32,000 bases of DNA, taken from Methanocaldococcus jannaschii DSM 2661 (lineage in GTDB: Archaea; AGJL01; Methanococci; Methanococcales; Methanocaldococcaceae). The position numbers and the translations under genes were made by a program. A model generated the notes under the pieces. The model did not search any database and was not told the DNA's origin. It was given only the letters and a program-made list of their open reading frames with translations. Where the stretch lies: positions 996,629-1,028,628 of the forward strand of contig NC_000909.1 of assembly GCF_000091665.1 (NCBI RefSeq). The letters run 5' to 3'. Below are positions 10,298 through 20,049 of this stretch, piece by piece; position 1 is the first letter of the stretch; the number at the start of each line of letters is the position of its first letter.

Positions 10298-11458
10298 TCA
10301 TCTGTTCTCAGAAACAATTTTTTTAACCGCATTAACTACATCAATTACATCATCATCAGTCATTTTTGGATATATTGGCAAGGAAATCTCTCTCTCATAA
10401 ACCCACTCTGCATTTGGAAAATCACCTTTTTTATATCCAAAAGTTTTCCTATAAAATGGATGCAAGTGTAATGGGATAAAATGAACACTTGTTCCAATAT
10501 TCTGTTTTTTTAACTCTTCAATAAATTTGGTTCTGTTTATCTTCAATCTATCGATATTTATTAACAACGGATATAAGTGCCATGCATGTTTAACATGTTT
10601 TTTTATGGTTGGAGTTATTAACCCCTCAAGATTTTCAAACTCTTCATTATAAATTTTAGCGATTTCTTCTCTTCTTTTTCTCATTATCTCTGCTTTTTTT
10701 AGTTGATGTATTCCGATTGATGCTTGAATGTCGGTCATGTTATATTTATAACCACACTCGATAATCTCATAGTACCATGAGCCCTCGGATGAGTATCTTT
10801 TCCAAGCGTCTCTACTTATCCCATGTAGTCGCAGTATTTTTATTTTTTCTGCAATCTCTTCATTGTCAGTAGTAACCATTCCCCCCTCCCCAGTGGTTAT
10901 ATTTTTTGTTGCATAAAAGCTGAATGATGTTGTATCTCCAATAGTACCTATTTTTTTTCCTTTATACTCTGCCCCCAATGCATGTGCAGCATCTTCAATT
11001 ACATATAAATCATAGTCTCTTGCTATTTTTAATATTTCATCCATTTCACATGGATGTCCTGCATAATGGACAGGAATTATTGCCTTTGTTCTCTCAGTTA
11101 TGGCATTTTCTATCTCCTCAACGTTAATATTATAGGTTTCTTTATCAATATCAACAAATACGGGCTTTGCCCTTTGATGAACTATAACGTTCCCAGTTGC
11201 TGCAAAGGTATATGGTGTAGTTATGACTTCATCTTTATCCTTTATATTTAATGCAACCAATGACAGATGTAACCCGGCTGTGCATGAATTTAAGGATATT
11301 GCAAATTTACTTCCAATATAATTTCTAAACAATTCTTCAAATTTTAATGTTTTTGGACCCATAGTTATCCAATCTGACTTTAATGTATCTATAACTTCAT
11401 TTATCTCTTCTTCACCAATACATGGCCTAAATGGTGGCAAAAAACTTTCTCTTATCAT
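10298..11458 (-). CDS. pseC: DegT/DnrJ/EryC1 PLP-dependent sugar aminotransferase, PseC-like
   Basis: NSCTAGLHLSL, ITTPYTFAATGNVIVHQRAKPVFVDID, VIEDAAHALGAEYKGKKIG, TSFSFYATKNITTGEGG, KYNMTDIQASIG. Confidence 0.87.
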   Translation of the reverse strand: MIRESFLPPFRPCIGEEEINEVIDTLKSDWITMGPKTLKFEELFRNYIGSKFAISLNSCTAGLHLSLVALNIKDKDEVITTPYTFAATGNVIVHQRAKPVFVDIDKETYNINVEEIENAITERTKAIIPVHYAGHPCEMDEILKIARDYDLYVIEDAAHALGAEYKGKKIGTIGDTTSFSFYATKNITTGEGGMVTTDNEEIAEKIKILRLHGISRDAWKRYSSEGSWYYEIIECGYKYNMTDIQASIGIHQLKKAEIMRKRREEIAKIYNEEFENLEGLITPTIKKHVKHAWHLYPLLINIDRLKINRTKFIEELKKQNIGTSVHFIPLHLHPFYRKTFGYKKGDFPNAEWVYEREISLPIYPKMTDDDVIDVVNAVKKIVSENR

Positions 11459-11462
11459 TTAC

Positions 11463-12986
11463 TCACCTTTTTATAATCTTGGAGATAATATCCTTAACCT
11501 CATATATATTTATTATCTTAAGCCCAAAAATTCCTAATATATATATTCCAAAATAAACAACTCCACAAACAAATAGCTGTAATATAACATTATCAATCAA
11601 ATCCTTAATGAACATAACTGGAATTAAGCTAAAAATTCCTACTAAAATAACTAAAATCCATTTTTTATTTAGAAATTGGTGTTCTAAAAGTTTATTTAAA
11701 AACCATATTTGGAAAATCCACATTATAAAGTATCCAAATACAGTAGTTATGGCTGCCCCGATAATCCCAAACTTAGGAATTAACAAAATATTAAATATTA
11801 AGTTAAAACTTGCTCCAATATACAAAATTTTTGTTGATATGTTTGGTCTTCCAATGCCATTTAAAATATTGAACCCTATGGAATTAAATGTTAAAAACAT
11901 TGCCCCAAAACTTAAAATCTGTATAGCAGGGGCTGCGGATAAATACTTGGGATTAAATAAAATATTGATGATAACAGTTGGAAAATATGCCATCAAGATA
12001 GCCAATGGGGTTACAATAATCAGAGAATACAAAAAAACTTTCTCAACACCATAACTTAATGCCTTTTTATAACCCTTTTCCCATAACTCAGAACTCATAG
12101 GGAAGAGAACTGCTCCAACAGAAAAGGCAAAATAACTTAGAATATTAACAGTTGGCATAGCAACATTTCTATAATCGGCAACTGCATTTAAGCCAGTAAA
12201 ATAGGTTAAACAAATCCCATCTAAGTATCCCAATATCAAACTTCCCGCATAACCTATCATCACATACATCCCATAAGAAAACAAATTCCTAATTAATTTC
12301 CTTGAAAATATAACTTTTTCTTTAGCAAACTTTGGAAATATTTTTTTAACTACAATATATCCATAAATAATAATCATAACAACAGCCATCAAAAGGTAAG
12401 ATACGGAGGGAACATAAGCGTTATGAACATTAAAAAGATAAATAAAAATTAATGAAAAGATAAAAACGCTTAATATTCTAACGACTCTTGTTGAACTTGC
12501 ATAATTCTGAAGTTGAAAGCCTGTTAATATATTTGAAAAAAACGCTACGATACTATCTAAAAAATAATATCCCATTGCCATAATGATTAAAATATTAATA
12601 ACTAAATCCAATCTTCCGGTAAATTGCCCTTGATTGTTAATATAAAACTCTGCAATATATGGTGCAAAGATAACTACTAAAAATGCAACAATAAATGCTA
12701 AAATTGTTTGCAAAATTCCTACAAAAACGATTGATGATTTCAACATATCTAATCTATTCTCTGCTAAATATTTTGGAATATACCTTATAAGTGCCTGATC
12801 TAAACCAAAAGCCCTAAAAACTACTAACATACTAAAAAAATCTAAAACAGCATAAAATAGTCCAACATCTAACTTAGGAATTTCATTTGCATATAAAACT
12901 CTAACTAAATATGCTATTGGAGCAGCTAAGAAATATGAAAGAAGATGCCAACTTACGCCTTTAACTGCCTTTTCTTTATAACTCAA
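11463..12986 (-). CDS. Polysaccharide/oligosaccharide flippase, Wzx/RfbX family
   Basis: 507 aa polytopic membrane protein: AVKGVSWHLLSYFLAAPIAYLVRVLYANEIPKLDVGLFYAVLDF. TTG start behind GGTGG. Confidence 0.85.
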   Translation of the reverse strand: MSYKEKAVKGVSWHLLSYFLAAPIAYLVRVLYANEIPKLDVGLFYAVLDFFSMLVVFRAFGLDQALIRYIPKYLAENRLDMLKSSIVFVGILQTILAFIVAFLVVIFAPYIAEFYINNQGQFTGRLDLVINILIIMAMGYYFLDSIVAFFSNILTGFQLQNYASSTRVVRILSVFIFSLIFIYLFNVHNAYVPSVSYLLMAVVMIIIYGYIVVKKIFPKFAKEKVIFSRKLIRNLFSYGMYVMIGYAGSLILGYLDGICLTYFTGLNAVADYRNVAMPTVNILSYFAFSVGAVLFPMSSELWEKGYKKALSYGVEKVFLYSLIIVTPLAILMAYFPTVIINILFNPKYLSAAPAIQILSFGAMFLTFNSIGFNILNGIGRPNISTKILYIGASFNLIFNILLIPKFGIIGAAITTVFGYFIMWIFQIWFLNKLLEHQFLNKKWILVILVGIFSLIPVMFIKDLIDNVILQLFVCGVVYFGIYILGIFGLKIINIYEVKDIISKIIKR

Positions 12987-12996
12987 CTAATACCAC

Positions 12997-14175
12997 CTAA
13001 TTAACTAATCTCTCAAAAATCTTTTTATATTCCTTAACTGACTTCTTCCAGTTAAAATTCTCTTTTATAAAATTTTTTGCATTTTCACCATAAATTTTCC
13101 TTAAATTGTTGTTTTCTATTAATTTAATAATTCCTCTTTTAATCTCTTCTGGAGAATTGTCTTTCAATAAAATGCCATTATATCCATCTATAACTACTTC
13201 GTCAGCCCCCTCATAGGGACTTGCAACTATCGCTTTGCCGCAACACATCGCTTGCAGTAAAGAGCTTGATAAGCCCCCTCCTTTGTATGAAGAGTGAATA
13301 TAAATATCAGATGCCTTCACAATTGCAATTGCTTTCTCAAAATCAACTTTTCCAGTGAAATAAATGCCATTATTTAAATAATTACCAGCCAATTTTTTTA
13401 ACCTCTCTAAATCCTCTCCATATCCAACAACAATTAAAATTATTTTTTCTTTTAAATCTTTTGGCAAATCAACATAAGCTTTTATAATATTTTCAACCCC
13501 TTTCCACTTATATAACCTCCCAACAAAACATAGTTTTATTTTATTTTTAAATTTTTCCTTGATTTTTTTATCTTCTCCAATACTCTCAATTTTTTCAATT
13601 TCTAAACCCCTATAGATTATTGGAATATCTTTGTCATTAACAAAATTCTCTAATATGAAGTTTTTAACTGCCTTAGATATTGCTACAACATAATCTGCCT
13701 TTTTAAATATTAATTTTCCAATGGTTTTATCATAGAAATAAGATAACTTATTTTTAAATTCACTCTCCAACTTAACAAATGCACTACCATGCTCGACATG
13801 AATTAACTTCTTCTTTTTAAATCTCAATTTTGCGAAAATAAATCCTAATAAAGTATTTGAAAAAAACCTTGTCCTTGTCATTACAATATCAAAATCAATT
13901 TTATATAAATTAAAAAACATTCTCCAAAATTTTATATTGAAAATATTTGGAACTGGATAATTTGGAATAATTTCAAATGCTGGATATCTATAAACTTTGA
14001 CATTGTTATGTCTTATTTCAAATTCCTTATACTTTGGAATGTTTGGTGCAAATATATAAATATCGTAATTTTCATCTTCTGAAAGATGTTTAGTAAATTC
14101 ATCTACATGAGTTTCTAATCCACCAATATGTGGAATATAATATCCTGGAAAGATAATTAATTTTATTTTTCTCAT
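12997..14175 (-). CDS. Family 4-type glycosyltransferase
   Basis: IFPGYYIPHIGGLETHVDEFTKHL, VGRLYKWKGVENIIKAY, IYIHSSYKGGGLSSSLLQAMCCGKAIVAS. Confidence 0.88.
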   Translation of the reverse strand: MRKIKLIIFPGYYIPHIGGLETHVDEFTKHLSEDENYDIYIFAPNIPKYKEFEIRHNNVKVYRYPAFEIIPNYPVPNIFNIKFWRMFFNLYKIDFDIVMTRTRFFSNTLLGFIFAKLRFKKKKLIHVEHGSAFVKLESEFKNKLSYFYDKTIGKLIFKKADYVVAISKAVKNFILENFVNDKDIPIIYRGLEIEKIESIGEDKKIKEKFKNKIKLCFVGRLYKWKGVENIIKAYVDLPKDLKEKIILIVVGYGEDLERLKKLAGNYLNNGIYFTGKVDFEKAIAIVKASDIYIHSSYKGGGLSSSLLQAMCCGKAIVASPYEGADEVVIDGYNGILLKDNSPEEIKRGIIKLIENNNLRKIYGENAKNFIKENFNWKKSVKEYKKIFERLVN

Positions 14176-14295
14176 AATACAACCCTTAAGGTTTGTAGGT
14201 TATGTATCCTTATGTTATTTTTCATAACTTTATAAAATTCACAATATTTCATGCATCAACTTTTTCTTTAACATTATTTTAAATTTTCTTAATTT

Positions 14296-14769
14296 TTAGC
14301 ACTTCTTATAAATCAAAAAACAAATAATCAACAAAGCATAAATCATTAATTTAAAATCTATTGGAGTTTTAGCCGGCTCATTTATATAAATATCTTTTAG
14401 GACATAATATGGGTGATAATTTTCATTTCCAATTAAATTCATCCCTTCAACTTTTAAAACATTTTCTCCATCTTTTAAATAATTTGTTATATCTATAGAG
14501 GCATTTTTCTTATATGCAGGAGAGGCATCATTGGAATCATCAATTGTATATGCTAAATTTCCATTTAAATAAATATTTACCTTCATACTTTTGTTTATAT
14601 TGCCATAATGAACAAAACTGAGTTTATAGGAATAGTTTTCAGCTTTATTAATTTTAAATGTTATTGTTTTAATAGGATTGCTCTCACTAACTTTTATATA
14701 ATCAAAATAATAACCAAAACTACTACTTAAAAATAAGAGGAGCACCAATATTATCAAATATTTTCTCAT
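14296..14769 (-). CDS. Small exported/membrane-anchored protein of unknown function
   Basis: 157 aa. N-terminal signal-like MRKYLIILVLLLFLSSSFG, beta-rich central part, C-terminal hydrophobic helix LMIYALLIICFLIYKKC. Confidence 0.6.
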   Translation of the reverse strand: MRKYLIILVLLLFLSSSFGYYFDYIKVSESNPIKTITFKINKAENYSYKLSFVHYGNINKSMKVNIYLNGNLAYTIDDSNDASPAYKKNASIDITNYLKDGENVLKVEGMNLIGNENYHPYYVLKDIYINEPAKTPIDFKLMIYALLIICFLIYKKC

Positions 14770-15707
14770 AATACTCCCCTTTCAATAATTTCCCAAAACT
14801 TATCTTTTTCCCAATTACCGAAATATACATACTTCCCTCTTAGATTTAAATAATTTAAAGATAATCCATCTTTTAAATAAATAAGTTTAGGAACTTTTGC
14901 ATAAACAGAAATATCTCCTTTATCAACAAATATAAAAAATGGCTTTAAGAAATCAACTTTTTCAGATGAATAAGCGATATTAACCAATGTTGGATAATAT
15001 TTTAATTCAATCCCCTCCCCAAACAAACCTAAAATCTTATCCCATACTGATTGTTTAACGTATATATATTGACATTCAAAATTTTTGTTATTAAACTTTA
15101 AGTTAAAGTAATTTATCTCATAGTTCTCTAATTTTTTATTAAATAGAGTTATTTTCTTTGCCAATTTCTTCTTATACTTTTTAACATCCTTCTCATCAGG
15201 TAATTCCATGTTAATAATTAATTTTTTAACTTTCTTTTTCTTACCAATCTTATAAAGTCCATTTAAAGCAGAAACATACTCTTTTAAACAAACTCCTCTA
15301 AAATAATATTCCTTCCCAAAAATTAATTGGGGAATATAACTTATGTATTCTTTAGGGACAAAGTTTATACATCTTTTTAGAAATTCATTGCCTAATTTTA
15401 TCTTCTCTTTATATGTTAAAGAATTCAATGTAATTCTTGGAGATAGCCCAATACTCTTTAAAAATAAAATACTCTCTTTCTCCCCCCTAAATACGGGAAT
15501 TTCATTGAAAAATAATAAACTTTTAAATAATGGGTAGTTCTTTCCATAAAATGACAAATCATCTTTCTTAATAATCCCAAATTTATTTAAATTTAAATTT
15601 TCAAGTTTCTTAAATTCATTCAAATAAGTTAATTTTAAGATATAAGCAAAATCTTTGGCATCCTCATAGTTCAATATAATCTCATCACAAATTTCATCAA
15701 ATGCCAT
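14766..15707 (-). CDS. RecJ-like C-terminal-region protein lacking the DHH catalytic domain (provisional)
   Basis: 313 aa. YGKNYPLFKSLLFFNEIPVFRGEKESILFLKSIGLSP...YKEKIKLGNEFLKR...LIFGKEYYFRGVCLKEYVSALNGLYKIG resembles the linker/DHHA1 region of archaeal RecJ-like proteins. No DHH motif. Overlaps the next gene by 4 nt. Confidence 0.45.
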   Translation of the reverse strand: MAFDEICDEIILNYEDAKDFAYILKLTYLNEFKKLENLNLNKFGIIKKDDLSFYGKNYPLFKSLLFFNEIPVFRGEKESILFLKSIGLSPRITLNSLTYKEKIKLGNEFLKRCINFVPKEYISYIPQLIFGKEYYFRGVCLKEYVSALNGLYKIGKKKKVKKLIINMELPDEKDVKKYKKKLAKKITLFNKKLENYEINYFNLKFNNKNFECQYIYVKQSVWDKILGLFGEGIELKYYPTLVNIAYSSEKVDFLKPFFIFVDKGDISVYAKVPKLIYLKDGLSLNYLNLRGKYVYFGNWEKDKFWEIIERGVL

Positions 15708-15728
15708 AAAACTTCACTTATTTAATAT

Positions 15729-16058
15729 TTATTTAACTCCAAATAGTAGTTTTATTAGTTCTATAGCGTTTGGATTTGTTAATATATAGAGTAGTATCAA
15801 AATCACAAATCCAACTGTCATTTTTTTGTCTAATTGATTGAATCTATTATCAACATACCTTAATATTCGTTCTTCTGCAAGCATTATATCTTCTTTTGTA
15901 GCCAGTTCATTCTTTAGCTCGTCTTTTAACTCATGCTTAACAATAATTTTTTCTTCTTTAATAACTTCTACAACTGCATTATACAGTTCTTCCGCTCTTT
16001 TTTCATCCTTAATATATTTAGCTATAATTTCATATAACTTAGCATAGGCAATAGCCAT
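15729..16058 (-). CDS. Small coiled-coil protein with C-terminal transmembrane helix; paralogue of 17167..17505
   Basis: MAIAYAKLYEIIAKYIKDEKRAEELYNAVVEVIKEEK...ERILRYVDNRFNQLDKKMTVGFVILILLYILTNPNAIELIKLLFGVK. Start set at the ATG after GGTGGAATT. Confidence 0.7.
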   Translation of the reverse strand: MAIAYAKLYEIIAKYIKDEKRAEELYNAVVEVIKEEKIIVKHELKDELKNELATKEDIMLAEERILRYVDNRFNQLDKKMTVGFVILILLYILTNPNAIELIKLLFGVK

Positions 16059-16079
16059 AATTCCACCAAAATATATCAT

Positions 16080-16229
16080 CTAATCAGCTTTAATTACTAA
16101 CTTTCCATCTTTAATCTCCAATGACCCTTCTTCTATTAACTCAACTATTATTTTGGAGTATTTTTTAGCTTTTTCTTTATCTTTAACTTATTCAAGCATT
16201 AATTTATATAATTCATTATAGATACTCAT
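16080..16229 (-). pseudogene. Degenerate or interrupted third copy of the small coiled-coil family
   Basis: GGTGAAATC-ATG then MSIYNELYKLMLE*VKDKEKAKKYSKIIVELIEEGSLEIKDGKLVIKAD*. One in-frame TAA at 16188..16190; otherwise open for 49 codons. Confidence 0.55.
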
Positions 16230-16245
16230 GATTTCACCAAAACCG

Positions 16246-17058
16246 TTATTTAGTTATATACTCAAAGATTTTATCAACATCAATCTTCTCATCCTCTTTG
16301 TCAATCTTATACTTTTTAAAGTATCTTATTACGTTCCAAATGTCCCTCTTTAAGTAAAATTCAGCATCTGGATGGTATTTAGGAACTGCCTGAGGCCAGT
16401 CAATAATAACAAAATCCCCATTTTCATCTAATAAAATATTAAATTCACTCAAATCTCCATGTATATAGCCAATTTCATAAGCCTTTTTAACCTCTTCAAT
16501 AATTTTCCAGAATAAATCTTTAATCTCCTCTTTACTCATAAATTCTGATAAATCTAATCTCTTTAACTCTTCTCCAACAACTTTACCCATAATAATTGCA
16601 TGTCTATTCCATTCTATTGGTTCAGGGACTTTAACTATTGGAAATAACTCATTTAAAATCTCAAACTCTCTCTCAGCTGTTAATCTTGAAACATAGAGCC
16701 AACTTATATGATGTTTATCAGCCAAATATCCTCTATACCTCTTTCCTCTTGTAAAGCAAGTTCTTCCATGTTTATGAAATTTTAAAACCGCCTCTCTCCC
16801 ATCACTCAGCAAGACAGTATAAACATCCCCCTCCTTACCAACTCCCAACTTATTACCTATGGCTTTTAAGATACCTTTTTTAACAAAAGCATTTATTGCA
16901 AGGGCATCATAGCCTCCCATTGAGACAGCATAACCATAAGTGCTCCTCACAACAAATCCAAATTTGTTCAACCTCTTTAATCTGTAAAGCACGTCCTTTT
17001 CTGGCATCTTCGCCTTTCTAACAATCTCATCTAACGGCACCCACTCATGATGTCTCAT
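16246..17058 (-). CDS. rio2: RIO2-family atypical serine kinase; true N-terminus probably further upstream (see findings)
   Basis: Winged-helix N-terminus, then GVGKEGDVYTVLLSDGREAVLKFHKHGRT, GYIHGDLSEFNILLDENGDFVIIDWPQAV. Confidence 0.92.
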   Translation of the reverse strand: MRHHEWVPLDEIVRKAKMPEKDVLYRLKRLNKFGFVVRSTYGYAVSMGGYDALAINAFVKKGILKAIGNKLGVGKEGDVYTVLLSDGREAVLKFHKHGRTCFTRGKRYRGYLADKHHISWLYVSRLTAEREFEILNELFPIVKVPEPIEWNRHAIIMGKVVGEELKRLDLSEFMSKEEIKDLFWKIIEEVKKAYEIGYIHGDLSEFNILLDENGDFVIIDWPQAVPKYHPDAEFYLKRDIWNVIRYFKKYKIDKEDEKIDVDKIFEYITK

Positions 17059-17166
17059 TGACAGCTCTATAATTTTTAATATTTTAAAATCTTCATCCTG
17101 TGCCTGTCTTAATGCTTCAATTAGTTTTTTAATTATGATTATCCCCTCCTTATTGGATTTTTTAAT

Positions 17167-17505
17167 TTATTTAAAACCAAATAATAGTTTTATTAATTCT
17201 ATTGCGTTAGGATTCGTTATGATTATAGCAAATAAGATTATCAACTGAACAATTAAAAGTTGATTGAATCTGTTATCAACATATCTTAATATTCTCTCTT
17301 CCATTGCCTTCATTTCTTCTCTAACTAAATCAATATCTTTCTTAGTCGCTAATTCATCTTTCAACTCATCCTTTAACTCATTTTTAACAATAACTTTGGA
17401 TTCTTTAATAATCTCTATTATAGCATTATATAACTCATCTGCCTCTCTTTCATCCTTAATCTTTTTATGAATTAATTCATACAACTTAGCATAAGCAATT
17501 GCCAT
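17167..17505 (-). CDS. Small coiled-coil protein with C-terminal transmembrane helix; paralogue of 15729..16058
   Basis: MAIAYAKLYELIHKKIKDEREADELYNAIIEIIKESK...MEERILRYVDNRFNQLLIVQLIILFAIIITNPNAIELIKLLFGFK. Confidence 0.75.
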   Translation of the reverse strand: MAIAYAKLYELIHKKIKDEREADELYNAIIEIIKESKVIVKNELKDELKDELATKKDIDLVREEMKAMEERILRYVDNRFNQLLIVQLIILFAIIITNPNAIELIKLLFGFK

Positions 17506-17569
17506 AATTTCACCAAATCTTTAAATCATATTATTTAATTTTTTTGCTATAAAACCATTTCTAAACTTA

Positions 17570-18994
17570 TCATTTCAATAAACTCTCAATCGTCTTAACG
17601 TTAGCCATTCCCTTTCTCTCTGTCTCTTCCCATTCATTTTCTGGGATTGAATCAGCTACAATTCCAGCACCAACTTGAATATATCCCTTATTTTTCGAGA
17701 TTACAAAGGTTCTGATTGTTATAGCCAAATCCATTAAATCATCCCATCCGAAATAGCCAACTCCCCCACCATAAGGTCCTCTCCAAGTTTTTTCAAGCTC
17801 TTCAATAATCTCCATCGCTCTGACCTTTGGTGCTCCACTTAAAGTTCCCGCTGGGAAGGTAGCTTTTACAGCTAAGAATGAATCATAATTGTCTTTTAAC
17901 TCCCCAACAACATTACTTACTATATGCTGAACATGGGAGTATTTCTCAATAATCATGAAATCAGTAACTTCAACAGTTCCAAATTTTGATATTTTTCCAA
18001 TATCATTCCTTGCTAAATCTACAAGCATAACATGCTCTGCCCTCTCTTTCTCATCACTTAACAGCTTTTTCTCTAACTCTTTATCTTCTTCTTCTGTCTT
18101 ACCCCTCCTAATTGTTCCAGCTATAGGTCTTGTTATAACCAGCCTTTTATTATCTTTATAATCTGTCCTTACCAAAATCTCTGGTGATGAACCTATAATC
18201 TTTCTGTCTCCAAAATCTAAGTAATACATGTATGGGGAAGGATTTATCTCTCTAACTTTTTTGTAAATTTTCAAGTGGTCTAAGTTATCTAAATCTATCT
18301 CTATCCTTCTTGATAAAACCACTTGGAAGATATCTCCAGCAAAAATGTATTCCTTAGCTTTTTTAACCGCCTCAATAAATTCCTCTTTGCTCATGTTAGA
18401 TTTTATTTTTAAGTCCTTATTTTCTGTAGTTTTTTCTTCTTTATTGTCATTATTTCCAATTTTTGCATTTTTTATAATTCTTTCAAGTTCTCTAATACCT
18501 TCATCATCCTCTGCTATTAAATTAATTACTTTCTCTTTTAAATCAAATGAAATAAAGTCCTTAACAATAAAGAACTCTGCATCTGGAAATTTTAAATCAT
18601 TTATTGGCTTTGGGTTGATATTTGATAAATCTATCCAGTATCTGATAATATCATAGCTTAAATACCCAACTAAACCCCCCTTAAATCTTGGTATTGGCTC
18701 AATGTTAGATATATCAATGTATTTAAGATATTCATTTCTAACCTCTCTTAAAGCGTCTAAGGGACATTCGTATTTCCCTTCTAAATCTTTAGCTTTATCT
18801 CCAAATTCTGTAAAGCTTTCAACTTTCAGCTTTCCATTTTTAAATATTACTTTTCCTTCAGCTTTTCCTAAGATTGAGTATCTTGCCACCTTTGGAACTC
18901 CTTCAGCTGATTCTAACAAAAATGTATTCTCTCCCCTAATTTGCTCATAAACATCTAATGGACAAACATCCATTTTTATTTTTTTAATTATCAT
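17570..18994 (-). CDS. trpE: Anthranilate synthase component I
   Basis: [119 protein letters not shown]. Confidence 0.95.
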
Positions 18995-19002
18995 TAAATC
19001 AC

Positions 19003-20016
19003 CTATTTATCCAAAATTTCTTTTATGGCATACCATTTCTTTACCGATGTAGGCTTAATTATCCCATTAATAACGTCATAAAACAAAATCTCATTTTCAA
19101 TTAAAAATTTTATATATTTCATTTCCTCTTTTTTAACATCTTTTTTATAGTTAATTTTTATTTTATCCTTAAATTTAGAAAGGACTTTATAAATCTCTTC
19201 TTCATTTAAATCGGAAGTATCTATTAAATATTTTATCCCATCCGCTTCAATATTTATCCATCGTTTTATAGTTTCTTCAACTGATAATCCTAATTTTTTA
19301 TTATTTATTAATTGAGAAATCTCATAAGGTAATGATAAATAATTTAGGCAATAATCTATTTCTTTTTTATTAAATCCTTCTTCTTTTAGGATTTTTTTAA
19401 TATCATCTTTTTTTAGCCAGTCTATTAGATAATACTCTGATGCTTCTGATAGAGAAGAGTTTCTATAGACATTATCAATAAATAAAGTATCAGATGTTAA
19501 ACAAATAACATGGCATAGATGTTCCATCTTAGTTAAAGAGACAAATAAATTAAATAGTTCGTTTAATAAAGATTTTCCACTATTGAAGTAAATATTTTTT
19601 AATTTTTGAAGTTCATCTATGACCAAAACAGGCCTTTTTCCATCTTTTATAACTGTATTTATGCTCTCATTTATTTTAGCAAAAACATCATTTAGTTTTA
19701 TGTTGTTAAAATCAAAATTTTCCTCTATACCAAACTTAAAGATTTTCAGATTAATTTCTAACTTATTTAATAGATATTTTTTATCTGATTTTTCAAAAAA
19801 TATACTCAAAAACTCATCTTTTGTGGGGGTCGCATATTTTCTTAGATTGTAGTAGAAAAAGACAATATTACTATTTTCCAATTCTTTAATAACTCTCATC
19901 ATTACGGTAGATTTACCTGATGATTTGGGACCATAAACAAATAATATAGAGTTTGGTTCTAATTGAACATAATTCTTTAGATAGTTAAGTTCTTTCTCCC
20001 TATTATAAAATCTCAT
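19003..20016 (-). CDS. Archaeal AAA+ ATPase of unknown function, Arch_ATPase type
   Basis: [44 protein letters not shown] (Walker A) and [12 protein letters not shown] (Walker B). GGTGATAAT-ATG start. Confidence 0.82.
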
Positions 20017-20049
20017 ATTATCACCAAAAGGTTAAAAAATTAAAGAAAT

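Noticed and set aside
10288-10332. N-terminal extension MRLKKLFLRTDEDDI of the NeuB/PseI-like protein
   Set aside because: It overlaps the end of the aminotransferase gene; the internal ATG at 10287 has its own ribosome site and matches the usual enzyme start.
14176-14295. Short AT-rich inverted repeats upstream of the 12997..14175 glycosyltransferase
   Set aside because: Stems are only about 5 bp in AT-rich DNA and are expected by chance; no structured RNA supported.
16141-16145. Possible recoding of the in-frame stop in the small minus-strand gene as pyrrolysine or selenocysteine
   Set aside because: The internal stop (at 16188-16190) is TAA, not TAG or TGA, so neither known recoding system applies; a simple nonsense change fits better.
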